DNA from: Candidatus Curtissbacteria bacterium
Lineage (GTDB): Bacteria; Patescibacteriota; Microgenomatia; Curtissbacterales; GWA2-41-24
DNA length: 64,000 nucleotides
Direction of reading: 5' to 3'
Assembly: GCA_030647775.1 (NCBI GenBank)
Contig: JAUSJC010000010.1
Span: 6,208-70,207, forward strand
The notes under the pieces are model-generated. The model ran no database searches and was not told where the DNA came from. It saw only the letters and a program-made list of their open reading frames with translations. This document shows, in pieces, positions 59,405-64,000 of the stretch. How positions within the stretch are numbered: position 1 is the first letter of the stretch; each line of letters begins with the position of its first letter. Both the position numbers and the translations under genes were made by a program.

Positions 59405-59931
59405 AAGCGCGTCACCTGCTTTTTGCCCCCGCTAATTTTTTCGCCGTACTGGTTTTGGCAGCGCTTATCATAAGCCCCTTTTACTTCGCCAAAAATTTCG
59501 CCAAGGTCGAAGATCCTGAGCAAGCTACAGCCCTGAGCTCGTCGAAGGGTCGAAGGGCCGAAGGTATTGAGCGCAGTCGAAATATCGCCGGAGTCCAAAC
59601 TGTTGCCCCGCTCAAGCTGGAGTTTAGGACGGAAAATTTCCCCAATCTCGCCTTCTCTCAAAACAAGGACAAATACCAAGTGTCCTTTACAAAAGTTGGT
59701 CCAACCCAGGCGTATTTAGGCATAGGGGTTTTGACAAATCAGACCGACACTAAACGCATTTATGAGATAGAAACCCAAAGCCGGACAAAAGTTTTCTTCG
59801 GCCAAAATATTGAAGAGCAAAAAGATCAAATATCACTTGGTGCCGGTGCGTCAACAGCCGTAAGCATCTTTTCGCCGCAAGAAGCTTCAGCCTCGAGCCA
59901 AACGGTAGAATTTAAGATCCAAACACCATAA
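59401..59931 (+). CDS. Single-TM exported hypothetical protein carrying an in-frame repeat insertion
   Basis: ATGA overlap with previous gene; nested CCTGAGC..GTCGAAGG repeats at 59505-59583. Confidence 0.7.
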   Translation: MKARHLLFAPANFFAVLVLAALIISPFYFAKNFAKVEDPEQATALSSSKGRRAEGIERSRNIAGVQTVAPLKLEFRTENFPNLAFSQNKDKYQVSFTKVGPTQAYLGIGVLTNQTDTKRIYEIETQSRTKVFFGQNIEEQKDQISLGAGASTAVSIFSPQEASASSQTVEFKIQTP

Positions 59932-59961
59932 ACAAAAAATCAGGCTTGACATTATTTAATG

Positions 59962-59983
59962 TTGTAACGCATTGTGTTACAAT
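59962..59983 (+). promoter_or_regulatory. TA operator palindrome and extended -10
   Basis: TTGTAAC-N7-GTTACAA overlapping TG-T-TACAAT, 5 nt before GTG. Confidence 0.7.
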
Positions 59984-59988
59984 AAAGT

Positions 59989-60276
59989 GTGATCAGTATC
60001 CACAAACTTGTCTGGGACTGGTGGAATATAGCCCATATTGCCAGACACAGTGTTACTGCGGAAGAAGTAGAACAAGTTTGTCATATTGATCCAGTTGTAC
60101 AAAAAGGCAAAAAAGGCAGGCTGCTTGTTTTTGGCCCAACGGAAACCGGCAGAATTCTAGCAGTGATTCTTGACCAGGAAGAAGAAAAAGGAGTGTACTA
60201 TCCAATAACAGCGTATAAAGCGAGTAAAAAACTAGAAAAAGTATATTTAAATCAAAAAGGAGGTGATGACAAATGA
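59989..60276 (+). CDS. BrnT-like toxin
   Basis: WDWWNIAHIARHSVTAEEVEQV...GPTETGRIL...PITAY. Confidence 0.85.
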   Translation: MISIHKLVWDWWNIAHIARHSVTAEEVEQVCHIDPVVQKGKKGRLLVFGPTETGRILAVILDQEEEKGVYYPITAYKASKKLEKVYLNQKGGDDK

Positions 60277-60539
60277 CCCAAAAGAAAAAAACAATACCTA
60301 ATTTTAAAAGCCGTGAAGAAGAAGCAAAATTCTTTGACACCCATGACATGGCCGATTATCAACACGAATTTAAAACTGTGAAGGTAAAATTTGCCAAAAA
60401 TCTCTCGGAAGGTATTACAATTCGATTCGATAAACCTACCTTAGAAAAACTTCGGGAACTCGCCCATGAGAAAGGCTTAGGGCCAACAACGCTAGCTAGG
60501 ATGTGGTTACTGGAGAAACTCCAAGCGCATAGAGCTTAA
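60273..60539 (+). CDS. CopG/BrnA-like antitoxin
   Basis: IPNFKSREEEAKFFDTHD...ITIRF...GLGPTTLARMW. Confidence 0.87.
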   Translation: MTQKKKTIPNFKSREEEAKFFDTHDMADYQHEFKTVKVKFAKNLSEGITIRFDKPTLEKLRELAHEKGLGPTTLARMWLLEKLQAHRA

Positions 60540-60663
60540 AATCCAACCACAATAGAAAAAAAGGTTTCCTGCTCGCAGCTGCTCCCAGGATCTTCGGCAA
60601 CGTTTCGCCTCGACCTCGACTTTTCGCGCAATTCAAATTGAAAGTGCTAGAATTAGCCCGCTT

Positions 60664-61365
60664 ATGAATCTCATCCGCGACGATATTTTAAGCTACCGCG
60701 AAATGTGTGACGCGGAAAACGTCCAAACTTTGCAAAGGGGAATGAACTTTAGGCTAAACCCAAAATATTCCGTTATTTTAATGTCTCAAAGAACAAACGC
60801 GCCTTATAAAGACAAAATTTATTCTGACGGAATAACTATCGAATACGAAGGTCACGATGTTTCAAAAAGGAGCTACGATCATTTTCCAAAACTAGAAGAC
60901 CAACCGGAAAAACTTCCGTCCGGCAAATTAACCCAAAATGGCCTATTCATCAAATCAGTCATAGACTTTAAAAACAATGACAAGGGCCCTGAGATTATAA
61001 AAGTTTACGAAAAAATAATGCCAGGCGTTTGGTCTTTAAAAGGTTTTTTCGACTTAATTGATTACAAAATTTTGCACGACGGGGAAAGAAATGTATACAG
61101 ATTCATTCTAAGATTAAAAAATAATGTCGATTTTGAGACTAACTATCAAATCATAGAACTGCAACATAACAGAATTATTCCTTCGGAAGTTAAAAAGGAA
61201 GTTTGGAAAAGAGACGGGGGAAAGTGTGTAATTTGTAAGGAAACAAAAAACCTTCACTTTGACCACGAACTACCATTTTCCAAAGGCGGAACAAGTCTAA
61301 CGGCAAAAAACGTCCGGCTGCTTTGCATGAAACACAACCTCCAAAAATCCGCAAAAATTGAATAA
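60664..61365 (+). CDS. HNH endonuclease with N-terminal SRA-like domain
   Basis: VWKRDGGKCVIC, HFDH, GG, NVRLLC..HN; N-terminal PYKD...IEYEGHD...QNG resembles SRA-type readers. Confidence 0.8.
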   Translation: MNLIRDDILSYREMCDAENVQTLQRGMNFRLNPKYSVILMSQRTNAPYKDKIYSDGITIEYEGHDVSKRSYDHFPKLEDQPEKLPSGKLTQNGLFIKSVIDFKNNDKGPEIIKVYEKIMPGVWSLKGFFDLIDYKILHDGERNVYRFILRLKNNVDFETNYQIIELQHNRIIPSEVKKEVWKRDGGKCVICKETKNLHFDHELPFSKGGTSLTAKNVRLLCMKHNLQKSAKIE

Positions 61366-61369
61366 ATAA

Positions 61370-61436
61370 TTGACGTCCGAGTTTTCTTTGGGTATATTAA
61401 ATTTATTGCCCTACCTTTTGGTCTGGGCTTTTTTTT
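61370..61436 (+). promoter_or_regulatory. Promoter followed by hairpin and U8 tract upstream of the RT
   Basis: TTGACG-N17-TATATT; GCCC-TACC-TTTT-GGT-CT-GGGC (61408-61428); T8 (61429-61436). Confidence 0.65.
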
Positions 61437-61492
61437 GAAATTTGTTATGAATAAACGAATAAAAAAGAAAATAAACTGTAAATGAAATACTC

Positions 61493-62869
61493 ATGATAAA
61501 ACTTGTTGACGATCTCGAATCCTTCAAGGATACATTTCCAAAAAATTTCTGGCTCAAAATAAGCAATCAATATCTTAAAATTCCCGAAAAACGAAATTAT
61601 AAAAAGATTATTGAGGAGGTGTATAAATCATTGAACAATCAAAATTATTATCCATCAAAGCCGTGTTATTACATTGATAAAAATAAGGGAAACGGGGTAC
61701 TCAGAAGAATACCTGTCTTGGAACTTAAAGACTATCTAGTTTATTTTTATTGTTTGAAAAAATTAGAAAGCAAACTAGCCATGAACCGCGTACCAAATAC
61801 ATATGGTGGTTGGTCGCTGGGCGGTTTAATTAGACAATCCGAAAAAGAAGAACTTAAACCTCTAACTGGAAATTTAACTTTAGATTGGTCCAATAATTCA
61901 TCTATTCCTACATTTAGTTACAACGAACGTGCATGGGTTCAGTATTATGGCGATTTCCAAAAAAATTTATATGCCCATCTAAATGAGATGCTAAGAAAAA
62001 ATGGCACCAAGTTTTTGATGGTAGTTAAGTTTGATATAGAAAAATTTTATGACTCTATCAGGTTGAATTTACTAGAAAAAAATATAAGGGCTATTTGTGA
62101 CACAAACCACACACCTATAGTTGATTTACTAATACATTTCTTAAAATACTGGAATAGAGACATCAACGGATATGATTCACAACAGACAGGCTTACCGCAA
62201 GATGCACTCGCTGACTGCTCAAGAATCCTTGCTAATTTCTACTTGCAAACGTATGACCAACAAATTTACGATTATACAAATAAAAATAAATCGCACTTCT
62301 TTAGGTATTCAGATGACCAAATTATCATAACTCAAAACTACCAGGAAGCGGAAAATTCACTACATAAAGCATCTATCGAACTCTCTAAGGTGGGTCTAAA
62401 TATTAATAAGGCAAAAGTATCGTACTTTACTCTGCAAGAATTAATTGATCACTTCTCTTTTAAAGAATTTAAGGCCCTTTCTGAGAATAAAAATAACTCT
62501 AAAACCTTACAAGAGGTAGCTGAAAGCTATCTAAATGCTGGGGAACTCACAAAAAAGGAACCGTTGCTTTACAAAATCTTGGATCAAGATTTATCAATTT
62601 TAAGACATGATTTACGAACTCGTTTACTCTCCGATTCTTATGAAAAAAAATTCATTACTATTTATTCGAACTCACATACTTTTTTTAGAATTTACAAGAA
62701 TCTAAAGGGTGAAGAAAAAGTAAGTTTTATTAAATACTTAGATGGTCTTTGTCAAGAAAATGAATTTACAGGTTTTCATTTTGAATTGTTAAACTTCTAT
62801 AGAGAAATCAAAAAGAATACACAGAAAGTCGAGAAAAGAATTAAGGGGTTGCAAGAAAAATGGAGTTAA
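61493..62869 (+). CDS. Reverse transcriptase, UG/Abi (defence-associated)-like
   Basis: K..G..R.IP; FDIEKFYDSI; GLPQD...SRILANFYL; RYSDD; GLNINKAK; helical C-terminal region. Confidence 0.9.
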   Translation: MIKLVDDLESFKDTFPKNFWLKISNQYLKIPEKRNYKKIIEEVYKSLNNQNYYPSKPCYYIDKNKGNGVLRRIPVLELKDYLVYFYCLKKLESKLAMNRVPNTYGGWSLGGLIRQSEKEELKPLTGNLTLDWSNNSSIPTFSYNERAWVQYYGDFQKNLYAHLNEMLRKNGTKFLMVVKFDIEKFYDSIRLNLLEKNIRAICDTNHTPIVDLLIHFLKYWNRDINGYDSQQTGLPQDALADCSRILANFYLQTYDQQIYDYTNKNKSHFFRYSDDQIIITQNYQEAENSLHKASIELSKVGLNINKAKVSYFTLQELIDHFSFKEFKALSENKNNSKTLQEVAESYLNAGELTKKEPLLYKILDQDLSILRHDLRTRLLSDSYEKKFITIYSNSHTFFRIYKNLKGEEKVSFIKYLDGLCQENEFTGFHFELLNFYREIKKNTQKVEKRIKGLQEKWS

Positions 62870-63039
62870 CTTGTTAACCAAATATACAAAACACCGCAAA
62901 CAATTCCAGCCGAGCAAAGAAAATGAATTCAGAATTTTGTATTATGGTTTGGCTGCAGTAGTAGATTCCGGAATTACTGTCGGGTTAAACACTTGCACTT
63001 CGGCAATATCTGTCACCTTAATAACATTGGCGGACCGGA

Positions 63040-63999
63040 TTACTGCAATAAACGCAGAAGTTTAGCCGGCAGAAATTGGCTGCCATAAATTATTACAAAA
63101 AGTAAAACTATCCAGCAAATTACCGTTATCAGAAGCGGCTTATCCGAAAGCAATACCCTTTCCGGCGATTCGCCCTCTTTTTTCTCATGAATCACATATA
63201 GATATCTCATTACCCCGTAAATTACAAAAGGCACCGTAGCCATCAGCCACTTGGAAGCTAAAAAGGTTCTTGGCAAATCGCCAAATAAAACCAAAACTTG
63301 CGGCCCCGCGGAGGGTGTTGGTTGGAAAAAGGTAAACATAGTGTAGGAAAACCAGGCGGTTGTCGCAAACATCACAGTCAGTGAATCCAAAAGCGACTCC
63401 GGATAATGCATCAAAATCGATCTGGTCCCCAGTGTTTTTCCTGACGCCAAAAGCAGGGTCCGTTCCGACCTTCTTTTACCAACCGCCAAAAATAAGGCCA
63501 GGGAAGCTACCGTCAGAATGAACCAGATGGTGACATGAGCGTCGATGAGAACCGCTCCCGCAAAAACCCTAAGTAAAAATCCGGACGCAATCGCCATCAC
63601 ATCCAGAAGGATTACCGATCTTAAAAATAGGGAATAGAATATTTGCAAAGTTGCGTAGGCAACCATTGCGACCGTAAAAAACACCGAAATTTTGCTGGCA
63701 ATTAAAACGGCAGCTCCTAAAAGTACAAAAGCGGCAAAAATCGCCACAGCGGGCTTGATTTTCCCGGCCGCGATCGGCCTTTTGCTTTTAAAGGGATGGG
63801 CTCTGTCTTTTTCAATATCGATGACGTCGTTAATTAAGTAGATCGCTGAAGTGACCACGCAAAAAATGCCAAAACCAAAAACAACAAGCCAAAATTTACC
63901 CGGGTTAAAAAATTCCCCTTCAAAAACCAGAGGGGCAAAAAGCGCTATATTTTTAAGCCATTGTCTTGGCCTTGCGGAGATAAAAAGCCATAGAGGGAC
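63040..63999 (-). CDS. UbiA-family decaprenyl-phosphate phosphoribosyltransferase-like, 5' end beyond the window
   Basis: RPRQWLKN (read by hand upstream of the ORF call), YLINDVID...DRAHPFK.KRPIAAG, KRRSE. Confidence 0.92.
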   Translation of the reverse strand, partial: VPLWLFISARPRQWLKNIALFAPLVFEGEFFNPGKFWLVVFGFGIFCVVTSAIYLINDVIDIEKDRAHPFKSKRPIAAGKIKPAVAIFAAFVLLGAAVLIASKISVFFTVAMVAYATLQIFYSLFLRSVILLDVMAIASGFLLRVFAGAVLIDAHVTIWFILTVASLALFLAVGKRRSERTLLLASGKTLGTRSILMHYPESLLDSLTVMFATTAWFSYTMFTFFQPTPSAGPQVLVLFGDLPRTFLASKWLMATVPFVIYGVMRYLYVIHEKKEGESPERVLLSDKPLLITVICWIVLLFVIIYGSQFLPAKLLRLLQ

Positions 64000-64000
64000 G

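Noticed and set aside
14926-62869. Diversity-generating retroelement (Avd-like gene plus RT)
   Set aside because: The genes are 46 kb apart, the RT does not look DGR-like, and the duplicated gene ends differ at synonymous positions of all bases rather than only at adenines.
61366-62869. Retron or group II intron
   Set aside because: No NAxxH/VTG motifs or msr-msd inverted repeats; no intron domain V or maturase/endonuclease domain seen.
62890-62945. Possible duplicate of the 59401-59931 gene end (SKENEFRI versus SQTVEFKI) closing the defence island
   Set aside because: Similarity is too short and weak to separate from chance.

Overview
A 64-kb chromosomal window spanning the replication origin of a small-genome bacterium. 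Gene content points to Patescibacteria/CPR, probably Microgenomates; this is an inference from the pilin array plus PrgI/VirB4 locus next to dnaN-dnaA, DUF4012, DUF5654, short RnpA and many apparently leaderless genes. Layout: (1) 0.75-23.8 kb is a T4SS-like locus with six tandem VirB2/TrbC-like pilins, VirB6-like, PrgI, VirB4 and two large cell-wall-enzyme fusions, interrupted by a Zn-ribbon gene with a structured leader, a 1385-aa antisense orphan and a four-helix-bundle gene; (2) 23.8-29.6 kb is dciA-dnaN-oriC-dnaA and rpmH-rnpA-yidD-yidC-jag; (3) 29.7-59.9 kb holds surface-polysaccharide and housekeeping genes (rnhA, rplY, valS, tsaD, pyrG, groES/EL) with two inserted TA cassettes; (4) 60-62.9 kb is an AT-rich island: third TA pair, SRA-like/HNH nuclease and an unclassified UG/Abi-type reverse transcriptase with its own promoter and a hairpin+U8 leader. 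Main leads: the RT + leader + HNH module; two cases of a diverged duplicate gene 3' end next to inserted DNA; many palindromic elements inserted in frame in core proteins; inverted 7/8-mer arrays at gene junctions and around the four-helix-bundle gene; and three candidate structured RNAs (7.5 kb leader, dnaA-rpmH intergenic region, pyrG attenuator). No tRNA, rRNA or CRISPR array was recognised. Family calls are from motif recognition only, with no database searches. Non-ORF coordinates were counted by hand and may be off by a few bases.
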